Shown piece by piece: positions 9,049-19,077 of a stretch of DNA of 64,000 nt (positions within the stretch are counted from its first letter, which is position 1; the number at the start of each line of letters is the position of its first letter). Below the pieces are notes generated by a model. It worked only from the letters and a program-made list of their open reading frames with translations, did not search any database and was not told the origin of the DNA. The position numbers and the translations under genes were made by a program. This DNA comes from Syntrophales bacterium (GTDB lineage Bacteria; Desulfobacterota; Syntrophia; Syntrophales; PHBD01): assembly GCA_963668175.1 (NCBI GenBank), contig OY764159.1:1664001-1728000 (forward strand), read 5' to 3'.

Positions 9049-9828
9049 ATGGCTGCCCAAAATGCCACATATACGCTGCAGGAACTCATGGCCGTCGCGG
9101 CTTCGAGAGAAATCAAGGACGGAGAGAAGGTGATCATCGGCACGGGCCTTCCCCTCCTCGGGGCCTTCCTGGCCCAGAAGACCCATGCCCCCAACATTGT
9201 AGCCATCTACGAATCGGGGGCCATCGACTGCAAGCCCCTGGTGACCCCTTTCTCGGTGGCCGACTCCGTGCTGGCGCCGGGATCGGCGATGCAGGGCGGG
9301 CTCATGGAGGGCCTCGGCATCGTCCACGCCGGAGATCTCGATGTGGGATTCCTCGGCGGCGCCCAGATCGACAAATACGGCAATCTCAATACGCACGTCA
9401 TCGGCGACTACCGGAACCCCAGCGTCCGTTTCGCCGGCAGCGGCGGCAGCAACGATATCGGCGCGGGCTGTAAGCGGACGATCATCATGATGCTGCACCA
9501 GAAACAGCGCTTTCCCGAAAAGGTAGACTTCGTCACCACGCCGGGCTACTTCGGCGGCGGCAAGGAACGGGAAAAGATGGGCTTCTACGGAAACGGCCCG
9601 AGCGTCGTGGTTTCCACCCTGGGAATCCTGCGTTTCGACCCCGTGACGAAGGAGATGTATCTCGCGTCCAACCATCCCGGCATCTCCATCCAGACGATCA
9701 AGGACAACACCGGCTGGGACCTGAAGATCGCCCCGGATATCCACGAGACCGAACCGCCCACGCCGGAACAGATTCGCATGCTCCGGGAAGAACTCGATCC
9801 CACCGGCGTGTTCCTGGGAAAGAAGTAG
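9049..9828 (+). CDS. Family I CoA-transferase subunit B (GctB-like)
   Basis: ELMAVAASREIKDG, IYESG (catalytic Glu), FLGGAQIDKYGNLN, GSGGSND. AGGAGG RBS before ATG 9049. Confidence 0.9.
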   Translation: MAAQNATYTLQELMAVAASREIKDGEKVIIGTGLPLLGAFLAQKTHAPNIVAIYESGAIDCKPLVTPFSVADSVLAPGSAMQGGLMEGLGIVHAGDLDVGFLGGAQIDKYGNLNTHVIGDYRNPSVRFAGSGGSNDIGAGCKRTIIMMLHQKQRFPEKVDFVTTPGYFGGGKEREKMGFYGNGPSVVVSTLGILRFDPVTKEMYLASNHPGISIQTIKDNTGWDLKIAPDIHETEPPTPEQIRMLREELDPTGVFLGKK

Positions 9829-9891
9829 AAAATGTAACCCGATTCGTAGCGACGAGCATGTGCGGATCCTTTGACGACGAGGAGATGAAAG

Positions 9892-10653
9892 ATGGCAGAC
9901 GTTGTTCTCTACGAAAAAAAGGAAAATCTGGCTTTTATCACATTCAACCGCCCCGAGGCGCTCAACGCCCTTAACACGGAAGTCAACATGAAGGTCGTCG
10001 AGCTTCTGGATAAGGCGGAAGCCGACCCCGAGGTGCGCGTGATCATCCTCACGGGCACGGGCACCAAGGCCTTCGTGGCCGGGGCCGACATCAAGGAGAT
10101 GCTGAGCATGGGCGCCATGGAGGCCCGCGCCCACGCCCTCAAGTTCAAACGGGTGACGGACAGGATATGGAACTTCCCGAAGCCCGTCATCGCGGCCATT
10201 AACGGCTTCTGCCTCGGCGGAGGCCTGGAATATGCGTTGGCGTGCGATCTTCGGATCGCCGCCGCCAACGCCCGGATGGGACTGCCGGAAATCAGCCTGG
10301 GCATCCTGCCGGGCGGCGGGGGGACGCAGAGGCTTCCCCGCATCATCGGCCTCACCAAGGCAAAGGAATTGTGCCTTACCGGCGACATGATCGACGCCGC
10401 CAAGGCTCTGGAACTGGGCCTCGTCAACGCGGTCTATCCTTATGAATCGCTCATGGACGAGACGGTGGCCCTGGCGAAGAAGATTGCATCGAAGAGCGCG
10501 GCGTCCGTCACGCTCATTAAGCTGGCCATGAACAAGGGGACGGAGATGGATCTGGAATCGGCCGCCCTGTTCGAGATCGACAGTTTCGGCCTCTGCTTCT
10601 CCACGGAAGAGCAGAAGCAGGGTATGGCCGCCTTTGTCGGCAAGAAGAAGTAA
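9892..10653 (+). CDS. Enoyl-CoA hydratase (crotonase)
   Basis: NRPEALNALN, AFVAGADI, GGGLEYALACD, PEISLGILPGGGGTQRL. Confidence 0.95.
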   Translation: MADVVLYEKKENLAFITFNRPEALNALNTEVNMKVVELLDKAEADPEVRVIILTGTGTKAFVAGADIKEMLSMGAMEARAHALKFKRVTDRIWNFPKPVIAAINGFCLGGGLEYALACDLRIAAANARMGLPEISLGILPGGGGTQRLPRIIGLTKAKELCLTGDMIDAAKALELGLVNAVYPYESLMDETVALAKKIASKSAASVTLIKLAMNKGTEMDLESAALFEIDSFGLCFSTEEQKQGMAAFVGKKK

Positions 10654-10730
10654 CGTAACCATCTATCCCGGCTGGACCGGACAGAGATATTGAAGCAGCA
10701 CAAAATTCAACATGCGTATTGGAGGTAGAT

Positions 10731-11876
10731 ATGGATTTCAGACTGAATGACGTTCAAACGATGCTAAGGGACACCATCAGGAGGATCGCCCAGGAGCAGT
10801 TCGCGCCCAGGGCGGCGGAGATCGATGCATCCGAAAGGTTTCCCTGGGAAAACTTCGAGGTACTGCGGGACAACGGTCTTCTGGGTGTCAACGTGGAAGA
10901 AGAGTACGGCGGTACCGGCGCCGGCCAGCTGGCGATGCTGCTGGTCCTTGAAGAAACGGCCCGCGCCTGCGGTTCCACCTCGGTCATCCTGACCAACCAG
11001 GGGCTTTCCAGCGAACCCCTCATGATCGCCGGCAACGAGGAACAGAAAAAGACGTACCTTTACCGCCTGGCCACGGGCGAATGCCCCGGCGCTATGGCTA
11101 TCACGGAACCGAACGCCGGTTCGGACGTGGCGGGAATGAAGACGACGGCCACCAAGGTAGACGGGGGCTACGTCCTGAACGGTTCCAAGATATTCATCAC
11201 CCAGGCCGCCGTCGCCGGGATCACGAACGTGATCTGCTACACCGACAAGTCCAAGGGCAACAAGGGTATGAGCATCTTCACCATCGAGAAAGGCGCGAAG
11301 GGACTGGTTATCGGCAAGCCTGAGCACAAATTGGGCATCCGCGGCTCCGACACGCGCGAGCTTTCCTTCGAGGACTGCTTCGTTCCCGATAAAAATCTGG
11401 TAGGTCCCGAGGGAAGCGGCTTCAAGACCCTCATGAAGACCTTCAACTACTCGCGACCCAATATCGCCGCCCAGGCCCTCGGCATCGCCCAGGGTGCGCT
11501 GGACGCCGCCATTTCCTACGCGAAGGAACGCATGCAGTTCGGCAAGACCCTGGCCTCTTTCCAGGGCATGCAGTGGATGCTGGCCGAGATGGCGCTCGCC
11601 GTCGAGTCGTCCCGGACGATGGTTTACCGTGCGGGCACCATGATCGATACGGAACCCGACCATCCCGATATCCCCAAGATCTGTTCCATGGCGAAATGGA
11701 TCGCTTCCGACACGGCCATGAAGGTCACGACCGACGCCGTGCAGATTTTCGGCGGCTACGGCTACACCAGGGAGTATCCCGTCGAGAGAATGATGCGCGA
11801 TGCCAAGATCACGCAGATTTACGAAGGAACAAACCAGGTACAGCGGATCATCATCGGAGGCCAGCTGTTGAGGTAG
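10731..11876 (+). CDS. Acyl-CoA dehydrogenase
   Basis: AITEPNAGSD, LNGSKIFIT, QIFGGYGY, RDAKITQIYEGTNQVQR. Confidence 0.95.
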   Translation: MDFRLNDVQTMLRDTIRRIAQEQFAPRAAEIDASERFPWENFEVLRDNGLLGVNVEEEYGGTGAGQLAMLLVLEETARACGSTSVILTNQGLSSEPLMIAGNEEQKKTYLYRLATGECPGAMAITEPNAGSDVAGMKTTATKVDGGYVLNGSKIFITQAAVAGITNVICYTDKSKGNKGMSIFTIEKGAKGLVIGKPEHKLGIRGSDTRELSFEDCFVPDKNLVGPEGSGFKTLMKTFNYSRPNIAAQALGIAQGALDAAISYAKERMQFGKTLASFQGMQWMLAEMALAVESSRTMVYRAGTMIDTEPDHPDIPKICSMAKWIASDTAMKVTTDAVQIFGGYGYTREYPVERMMRDAKITQIYEGTNQVQRIIIGGQLLR

Positions 11877-12235
11877 GACACCATTACAGGCCGGGACGTG
11901 CTCCGCGTGTTCCGACTGCTGAAGACGATGATCGAAAGGTGTGCCGGAAACGGAGACCCCCGTCCGGCGCACCTTTGATCTTTGACAACGATATAGCAGA
12001 CGATTTTTTACAATTTTGTAACACGTATGGGAATGCATGATATCCTACGCTAATGACGCAAATGCTTCATCGGTTCCGGCAACGGACAATCCTGGCGGAT
12101 AAGCCCGGGGGCCGCAACTCCCGTCCCGACCGACGGCGGGCTCCGAGTGAAGCATTTCATCCAGAACAGCGGCGGCGGCAGGCGTTCCCTGATAAATAGT
12201 GGCATGATATCGGAGCCTTATAAATAATGGAGGAC

Positions 12236-12251
12236 TGGCACGTTTCTTTCT
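12236..12251 (+). promoter_or_regulatory. Probable sigma54 promoter of the MFS operon
   Basis: TGGCACGTTTCTTTCT: perfect -24 box, one mismatch at -12. The same upstream motif as the 7925 promoter occurs at a similar distance. Confidence 0.55.
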
Positions 12252-12349
12252 ATCTCTCATGCGAGCCCTCAAAAAGCATCCGATATCCAGCAAGGCTTTA
12301 ACCTATTTTCCAGTATGGAATAGATTAATTATGTTAAGGAGGAGGGAGT

Positions 12350-13669
12350 ATGGCCAATGAATCAGTAGCAACAGCAACACAGGCATTTGCGAAGCCAGAG
12401 ACCAATACCCGCTGGTATATCGTTTTTATGCTGGCTCTGGGAACAGTCATCAACTACATTGACCGCGTCAATTTCGGTGTCGCGACGCCGACATTGATGA
12501 AGGAGTTCAACTTGGGGGCGGTGGAAATGGGCGTCCTCATGTCGGCCTTCTTCTGGTCGTATACCATCATGATGCTTCCTGCCGGCGCCCTTTTGAACAA
12601 ATTCGGGCCCCACAAGGTCCTGGGCGCCGCGGGGCTCGCCTGGGGTGCCGTCACGATGTCGATGGCGGCCTGCCAGGGTTTCGTTTCGTTTATCGTGATC
12701 CGCGTCGGTCTGGGCCTCACGGAGGCACCCGCTTTCCCGTCCAACGCCCGTGTGGTTTCGGTCTGGGTGCCGAAGCGGGAAAGGACCTTCGCCTCGGCGA
12801 TGTTCGACTGCAGCGCCCGGGCCGGTAATGCCTTTGCGCCCCCGCTCGTCGCCTACATCATCGCGGCATGGGGCTGGAAGGCCTCCTTCGTCGTCACCGG
12901 CGCCCTGGCCGTTGTCTGGGCCATCTGGTGGCTCATGACCTATCACGAACCGTCCAAGCATCCGAGAATCTCCAAGAGCGAACTCATGTATATCCGCCAG
13001 GACGAAGTCATCCATGACGACGGGACGATCAAGAGCCATCCGATTCCCATGTGGCGGCTTATCACCTATCCCACCATCCTCAAGCTGTGCGTCGCCTATG
13101 CGCTCTATCTTTATGTCTGGGTCGTCTTCACGTTTTGGATTCCCACCTTCCTGATGAAGGCCAAGGGCCTGTCGCTGAAGGAGATGGGGCTTGCCGCGTC
13201 GGTGCCGTTCATTGTCGGCGTTCTCATGGAGCTCGTCGGCGGCAAGGTTTTCGACAAATGGTACGATAAGGGCGGCACGATCAACTCCCTGCGCCGGACA
13301 GGCATGGGCATCGCCATGTTCGGGGCGGCCATTTTCATCTACTGCCTCATGGAATCCAACACGGCCTTCTGGGCGGTCTTCTGGCTGAGCGCCTTCATGG
13401 GAATCTTCTCCTTCGGCGCCTCCAACGTCTGGGCCATCCCGAGCGACATCGCCCCTTACGGACAGGCGGGCGGCGTCGGCGGCATCTACAATTTCGCCGG
13501 CAACTTCGGCGCCCTCTTCGGCCCGATGATCACCGGCTGGTTCGTCCAAAATTCGCCCTATGGCTTCAACGGCGCCTTCGGGCTCTGCGCGGCTTTCGCG
13601 GCAATAGGCGGTTTCCTCTACATCTTTACAAGCTATGAACGCCTGATGCCCAAGAAACAGGATATGTAA
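12350..13669 (+). CDS. MFS transporter, anion:cation symporter (organic acid) family
   Basis: INYIDRVNF, SAFFWSY, EAPAFP, W-x-PKRER; about 12 TM. Confidence 0.9.
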   Translation: MANESVATATQAFAKPETNTRWYIVFMLALGTVINYIDRVNFGVATPTLMKEFNLGAVEMGVLMSAFFWSYTIMMLPAGALLNKFGPHKVLGAAGLAWGAVTMSMAACQGFVSFIVIRVGLGLTEAPAFPSNARVVSVWVPKRERTFASAMFDCSARAGNAFAPPLVAYIIAAWGWKASFVVTGALAVVWAIWWLMTYHEPSKHPRISKSELMYIRQDEVIHDDGTIKSHPIPMWRLITYPTILKLCVAYALYLYVWVVFTFWIPTFLMKAKGLSLKEMGLAASVPFIVGVLMELVGGKVFDKWYDKGGTINSLRRTGMGIAMFGAAIFIYCLMESNTAFWAVFWLSAFMGIFSFGASNVWAIPSDIAPYGQAGGVGGIYNFAGNFGALFGPMITGWFVQNSPYGFNGAFGLCAAFAAIGGFLYIFTSYERLMPKKQDM

Positions 13670-13682
13670 ACATTAAGAAGAT

Positions 13683-13716
13683 CCGGGACGGCCGCCCGCA
13701 AGGGTGGCCGTCCCGG
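13683..13716 (+). terminator. Strong intergenic hairpin (GCAA loop), RNA stabiliser or terminator
   Basis: CCGGGACGGCCGCCC-GCAA-GGGTGGCCGTCCCGG; no U-tract. Confidence 0.5.
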
Positions 13717-13837
13717 CCCCTATCGGCGCTTCTCATTGCAAGCGAGGCCCCGCATGAGCGGTCCTGCGGCGCATCCCGTGTAATGATCCGCGATTCTCGA
13801 AAGCAGTTAAGAAATAAACACAGGAAAGGAGTTTGTT

Positions 13838-14977
13838 ATGGAGTTCTCTTTAACGGAAGAACAAACCATGTTTAAGGAGACCGCGAGGAAATTTGCCGAA
13901 ACGGAGATTACTCCTCTCATTCATCAGATGGAAACGACACAGCGGACGCCCCGCGAGCTGATCAAGAAGATGCGGGAGTTGAGTTTTTACGGAATCCAGT
14001 ATCCGGCCAAGTACGGCGGTGTCGGCAGCACTTATCTCGAATACGTTATGGTCCTTGAAGAGATCTGTCGCGTGTACTGCGCAATCGGCGGCCATATTTC
14101 CGTCAACTGTCTCTGCGCAGGGACGCTCAACGATTTCGGCACGGAAGAACAGAAGCTGAAGTACCTGCCCCAGGTCGTGGCCGGAGACGCGGTAGGGAGC
14201 TTTGCCTTCACCGAGCCGGCGACGGGCTCCGATCCCGGTGCGGTCCGGACGACCTGCGTCCGCGACGGTAACGACTGGGTCATCAACGGCGAAAAGATAT
14301 TCATCACCAACTCGACCCTGCCCGGCTATATCGTCGTCTTCTGCAAGGATGTGGAAAAGGAAAACAAGATCACGAATATCATCGTTCCCAAGGATGCCAA
14401 GGGCTATTCTACGCCGAAGCTCGTGGAGAAGATGGGCATGCACGGCATGGAAGTGGCCGACGTCGTTCTTGAAGACGTGCGCGTGCCGTTTGAAAATACG
14501 ACCGGCGGTGAAGCGGGACGGGGCAAGGGCTTCACCATTCTGACCACGGAAATCGCCATCGGGAAGCTGGGCATCTCGGCCGAGTGCGTCGGCATGGCCC
14601 AGGGCGCCCTTGAAGAGGCGATCAAGTATGCCAAGGAGAGGGTCCAGAGGGGAAAGCCGATTTCCAGCTTCCAGACGATCCAGTGGCTTCTTGGCGAAAT
14701 GTCGTCCGATGTCGAAGCGGCGCGGCAGTACCTGTACTACACGGCCTACTGGAAATCCCAGAAAAAGGATATCCTGTTCGATTCGGCGAGGCTCCGTCTC
14801 TTCGCATCGCAGGCTTGTCACCGCGTGACGAGCAACGCCATGCAGGTCCTCGGTGCGTTTGCCTATTCGAAGGAGTTCAACGTGGAGCGGATCTTCCGCG
14901 ACATGAAACTGGCGGAAATTTACGAAGGTGTCAACGAAATCCAGCGCGTCATGGCTGCGGCCGGTGTCCTTCGCTAA
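13838..14977 (+). CDS. Acyl-CoA dehydrogenase
   Basis: FAFTEPATGSD, INGEKIFITN, EIYEGVNEIQR. Confidence 0.95.
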   Translation: MEFSLTEEQTMFKETARKFAETEITPLIHQMETTQRTPRELIKKMRELSFYGIQYPAKYGGVGSTYLEYVMVLEEICRVYCAIGGHISVNCLCAGTLNDFGTEEQKLKYLPQVVAGDAVGSFAFTEPATGSDPGAVRTTCVRDGNDWVINGEKIFITNSTLPGYIVVFCKDVEKENKITNIIVPKDAKGYSTPKLVEKMGMHGMEVADVVLEDVRVPFENTTGGEAGRGKGFTILTTEIAIGKLGISAECVGMAQGALEEAIKYAKERVQRGKPISSFQTIQWLLGEMSSDVEAARQYLYYTAYWKSQKKDILFDSARLRLFASQACHRVTSNAMQVLGAFAYSKEFNVERIFRDMKLAEIYEGVNEIQRVMAAAGVLR

Positions 14978-15011
14978 ATAGATCATAAGTATATCAGGAA
15001 GGAGTACGTTT

Positions 15012-15785
15012 ATGGACATGAAGTATTTGCTGTTGAATGTGGAAGACAAGGTGGCGACCGTAACGATCCATCGTCCCGACAAGGGGAATGCGCTGGCGCC
15101 GGAGGTTCTTCAGGAAGTGGAATATATCTTTACGGAGATCGCAAAGCGTCAGGACGTGAACGTGGTCGTGTTCACGGGCGGCGAGAAATACTTCTCGGCG
15201 GGCTTCGATCTCACGATCATCCGGAAGCTGGAGAAAGTATCGAACGAGGACTACACGGCGCTGTTCCACCGTGCGTACCGTGCGATTATGTTCTGCGAGC
15301 AGCCGGTAATCTGCGCCGTAGGCGGACCGGCGATCGCGGGCGGATTCGACCTGACCTTGATGTGCGATATCCGGTATGCATCCGAGCGGGCGAAGTTCGG
15401 TCAGCGGGAAATCGTTCTGTCGCTGACGCCGATCATGGACCCGCTGTGGCGTATCATCGGTCTGGGCCGTGCGAAGGAAGTGGCGCTGACGGGCCGTATC
15501 TACGACGCCCACGAGGCGGAGAAGATGGGCTACGTGACGAAGGTGTTCCCGGAAGGGCAGTTGCTGACGTCTGTCATGGCGATCGCGAAGGAGATGGCCT
15601 CCTACGACCGTATGTGCCTGAAAGAGACGAAGCAGCTTGCGAACCACATTTTGGACGAAGACCTTGACGGCGCCATGAAGGTCCAGGAATGGCTGTTCAG
15701 GACGTATATCGGCTCCGAGGACAACCACCAGCGCATCGACGCCCTCCAGGCCAAACTGGCGGCGGCGAGAGCGAACAAGAAATAA
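15012..15785 (+). CDS. Enoyl-CoA hydratase/isomerase family protein
   Basis: HRPDKGNAL, FSAGFDL, GGFDLTLMCDIR, FGQRE. Confidence 0.9.
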   Translation: MDMKYLLLNVEDKVATVTIHRPDKGNALAPEVLQEVEYIFTEIAKRQDVNVVVFTGGEKYFSAGFDLTIIRKLEKVSNEDYTALFHRAYRAIMFCEQPVICAVGGPAIAGGFDLTLMCDIRYASERAKFGQREIVLSLTPIMDPLWRIIGLGRAKEVALTGRIYDAHEAEKMGYVTKVFPEGQLLTSVMAIAKEMASYDRMCLKETKQLANHILDEDLDGAMKVQEWLFRTYIGSEDNHQRIDALQAKLAAARANKK

Positions 15786-16331
15786 CGGCCTTGCAGTAAG
15801 GGGGCCCGGGATACCGGGTTTACTGGGCCAGTTCTGCGTGCCGCGAAGGACGGCCGGATGATGCGGACATCCGGCCGTCCCCGCGCGGTGGCAGGACCGG
15901 CCCCAACGAGGCAGAGATGCCGTCCACCCCTTTGACATCGTTCAATCTTTTCTTCCTCTCCGGGCGGACCGACTGACGCGGATATGTGCACCGGCGGAGA
16001 ACGGCCGCCGTTTCTCTGCGGACGAGGAATGAATCAGGAACCGGGGCTCCGCGTGGAATTTCGATCCGGCTCGCTGCAGGCTTGACGTCTGGGGACATCC
16101 GCGGGGACGGGTTCCTGTTGCTTGTCGTGTCTGTCAACGTACCCCTTGCGCGGGCGGGCATTTGCTGGTATGAAGAGCACATCACCCCATCCGTGATGGG
16201 AAGCTGTAAGGGGTGGGACTACTGAGTGCCCTCATTTGTGTCGCCCTGCCACTTTCGGTTCCCTGCGTTGCCTGCATTCCTGCGCTGTTGAGCAGTCATA
16301 TTCTCCTTAGGAAAGGGTTATAATACCCCAT

Positions 16332-16904
16332 ATGAATGCCATATCCGTCGCCGCCATCGTTTTTGCCGCCGCCCTGGTCGTCATTTTCATCCGCGGACAT
16401 CGTATCCTTAAGAAACGAGAGAAGAGGCTCGAAGAGATTGCCCGGGAGGAGCAGAGGGATGTGAGAAAGCTTGCTTACGTCGCCTACCACGGCGGTCATC
16501 CCGACCTACCGGTGCCCCAGAAGCTGACGGCGGCTCTGACGGAGGATGCCCTTGTCCTGGTAACCAACCGGGGAGATAAGACCGTGCTTCCCATGCAAGA
16601 CTGGGTCAAGTTGGAGAAGTTTACGACAAAGCGGAAGCACGATGTGAAGCAGCGGAGCATGGTCCTCTGGGGCCCTTTCAATAATGTCATGTTCAAGGAT
16701 CAGATCCGGCATTTTATAGTCGTCAACTACCGCCACGGCCGGAACGAAGATCCGGACAACCATATCCTGATCGAACTGGGAAACCCGGACGAGAGGGACA
16801 AGGTATTTGCGGAAATCGACCGGACGCTCACGCAATTCAGACGTTCCGGTCCGGTGGCGGAGCGGGGCCGGCCGGCGGAAGCGGATCTGCTGCATACGTC
16901 CTGA
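16332..16904 (+). CDS. Hypothetical protein with N-terminal TM anchor, possible PH-like domain
   Basis: Hydrophobic residues ~4-20 followed by a beta-rich soluble region; host-like codon usage. Confidence 0.65.
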   Translation: MNAISVAAIVFAAALVVIFIRGHRILKKREKRLEEIAREEQRDVRKLAYVAYHGGHPDLPVPQKLTAALTEDALVLVTNRGDKTVLPMQDWVKLEKFTTKRKHDVKQRSMVLWGPFNNVMFKDQIRHFIVVNYRHGRNEDPDNHILIELGNPDERDKVFAEIDRTLTQFRRSGPVAERGRPAEADLLHTS

Positions 16905-16932
16905 CCGGTGCCAGACGGGGAAAACGGGCGCG

Positions 16933-19071
16933 ATGGAAGAGACGGAAAGAGAAAAAAAGCATTTTGACAAGAGATACTTTCGCTCTCAGGAGCATTTGAA
17001 GAAAAAAGTCCGGCTCCTAGCATCCATCTATAAAATCAGCCGGCTGCTCAACCGGTCCATCACCAGGGACAAGATTCTGCTTGCCCTCGTCAAGGAGATG
17101 AAGAAAGTCTTCGATCTCCACCGCAGCATGATCTTTCTGATCAACAGGCGGGAGAATACCCTGGAGATGAAGTACGTCATCGGTTTCTCCCCGGAAGAGT
17201 CCAAGAGGGCCTTCAAATACCCCCTGGACATGGACAAACAGCAGTGCCGGGAGACGCTCGTCGCCAGGACGGGCAAGACCATCTACATCAGGAACGCCCA
17301 GAACAGCCCGATCATCACCGAATTCGACTTCAAGATGGACCGCATCTGGCGCCGGACGTCCTCCATCTCGATGCCGCTCAAAATAAAGGGGGAGATCATC
17401 GGCGTCATCCAGGGCGACCAGACGGAAAAGGAACTCGTCCTGTCGAAGAGCGACATCGACCTTTTTTCGACCTTTGCGAGCCACGCCTGCCTGATCATTG
17501 AGAACGCCCGTCTTCAGGAGCAGTACCAGAAAAAGATCGCCCAGCTCCTCTCCCTTCAGGAAATTACGAAAAAGACGAGCTCCACACTGAACCTCCGGAA
17601 ACTGCTGAATATCGTGACGGTCAATGCCCTCAAGATCACCGGCGCCGCTGTCTGCACGCTCCTGCTTGCGGAGCGGGACTATCTCCGTATCGTCTCCTGC
17701 GTCGGGCATGAGATCGATCCCGAAAAGTTCCGGTTGAAAATCGGCGAGGGAATCGCCGGCTGGGTGGCGGAGAAAGGCGTGCCCCTTCTGATCGGCGACG
17801 TGACCGAAGAGCCGCGATATATCGAAAGCATACCGGGGATCGGGTCCACCCTGGCCGTTCCCCTGGTCAGCGAGAAGAAGGCGCTCGGCGTTCTCGTCGT
17901 GGACAGCTTCAAGAAGTCGGCCTTTTCGCTCGACGACCTGGAACTCCTCATGGTCTTCGCGAGCCATACGGCGGTCGTCATCGACAGCGTCCGTCTCTAC
18001 GAACAGGTGATCGCAGAGAGGAACTTTGCCTCCAACATCCTGGAAAGCTCGCCCAACGGCATCATCACGATCGACGAGAACAAGAAAATCCGGGCGCTCA
18101 ACCGGAAGCTGGAGGAGATCCTCGGCATCAAGCGGAGACTCATGCTGGACAAGAAGATCTCCGAAGTCTTCAAGGACAACGAAATCCTCGCCGTTCTGAA
18201 CCAGATGATCGAAGAGCGGCAGATCGTCGAGAACCACGAAGTCACCATGACGAAGAAGGACGGCTCGACGGTCATCCTGGGGCTCAGTTCTTCCTCCATG
18301 CAAACGGACGAAAAAGGGCTGGCGGCCATGATCATCACGATCCAGGACCTGACTGATTTCAAACGCGCCGAAGCCCTTATCCGCAGGGTGGACCGCCTTT
18401 CCTCGCTGGGGCAGTTGTCGGCGGGCATTGCCCACGAGATCCGGAACCCCCTTGCCAGCATCAACTTCAACGCCCAGCTGCTCCAGAAGAAGCTCAAGTC
18501 CGATAGAAATGTCGAAAGCATCCTCAATGACACCTTCGAGGGAATCGACCGTATCAAGGTGCTGGTGCGGCGGATACTCGACTTTACCAAGACGGGACAG
18601 CCCTCGTTCAGCAAAAGCTCCATCAACAGCGTCATTGCCGACTCCATTTCACTGATCGAACCGCAGCTTAAGAAGCGCAAGGTCGATATTAAAAGATATT
18701 TCGCCGACGGCGTTCCCGATATCCTCTGCGATCCCCACCAGATCCAGCAGGTCTTTGTCAATCTCCTGATGAATGCGATCGAATCGATCGAGGACGCAGG
18801 TACGATCGAAATCAGATCCACCGTGGAAAAAAGGCGGTCGGACGGAACGCGCGTCGTCGTCGTGCTTTCCGACGACGGCGTGGGCATCCCCAAGGAGAAC
18901 GTCGCCCGGGTGTTCGATCCGTTTTTTACCACCAAACCCGACGGGACGGGACTGGGGCTCTCGATCGTCTATAAGATCCTGGAGCAGCACGACGCCCAGA
19001 TAGAAATCAAAAGCAGGGAAAAGAAAGGGACGTCGTTCGTCCTCCGGTTTCCCGTAAAAATGCATACATGA
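16933..19071 (+). CDS. Cytoplasmic sensor histidine kinase (GAF-GAF-PAS-HisKA-HATPase)
   Basis: AHEIRNPL, QQVFVNLLMNA, DDGVGI, FFTTKPDGTGLGL; two GAF-like and one PAS-like segment; no TM. Confidence 0.95.
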   Translation: MEETEREKKHFDKRYFRSQEHLKKKVRLLASIYKISRLLNRSITRDKILLALVKEMKKVFDLHRSMIFLINRRENTLEMKYVIGFSPEESKRAFKYPLDMDKQQCRETLVARTGKTIYIRNAQNSPIITEFDFKMDRIWRRTSSISMPLKIKGEIIGVIQGDQTEKELVLSKSDIDLFSTFASHACLIIENARLQEQYQKKIAQLLSLQEITKKTSSTLNLRKLLNIVTVNALKITGAAVCTLLLAERDYLRIVSCVGHEIDPEKFRLKIGEGIAGWVAEKGVPLLIGDVTEEPRYIESIPGIGSTLAVPLVSEKKALGVLVVDSFKKSAFSLDDLELLMVFASHTAVVIDSVRLYEQVIAERNFASNILESSPNGIITIDENKKIRALNRKLEEILGIKRRLMLDKKISEVFKDNEILAVLNQMIEERQIVENHEVTMTKKDGSTVILGLSSSSMQTDEKGLAAMIITIQDLTDFKRAEALIRRVDRLSSLGQLSAGIAHEIRNPLASINFNAQLLQKKLKSDRNVESILNDTFEGIDRIKVLVRRILDFTKTGQPSFSKSSINSVIADSISLIEPQLKKRKVDIKRYFADGVPDILCDPHQIQQVFVNLLMNAIESIEDAGTIEIRSTVEKRRSDGTRVVVVLSDDGVGIPKENVARVFDPFFTTKPDGTGLGLSIVYKILEQHDAQIEIKSREKKGTSFVLRFPVKMHT

Positions 19072-19077
19072 GGGGCC

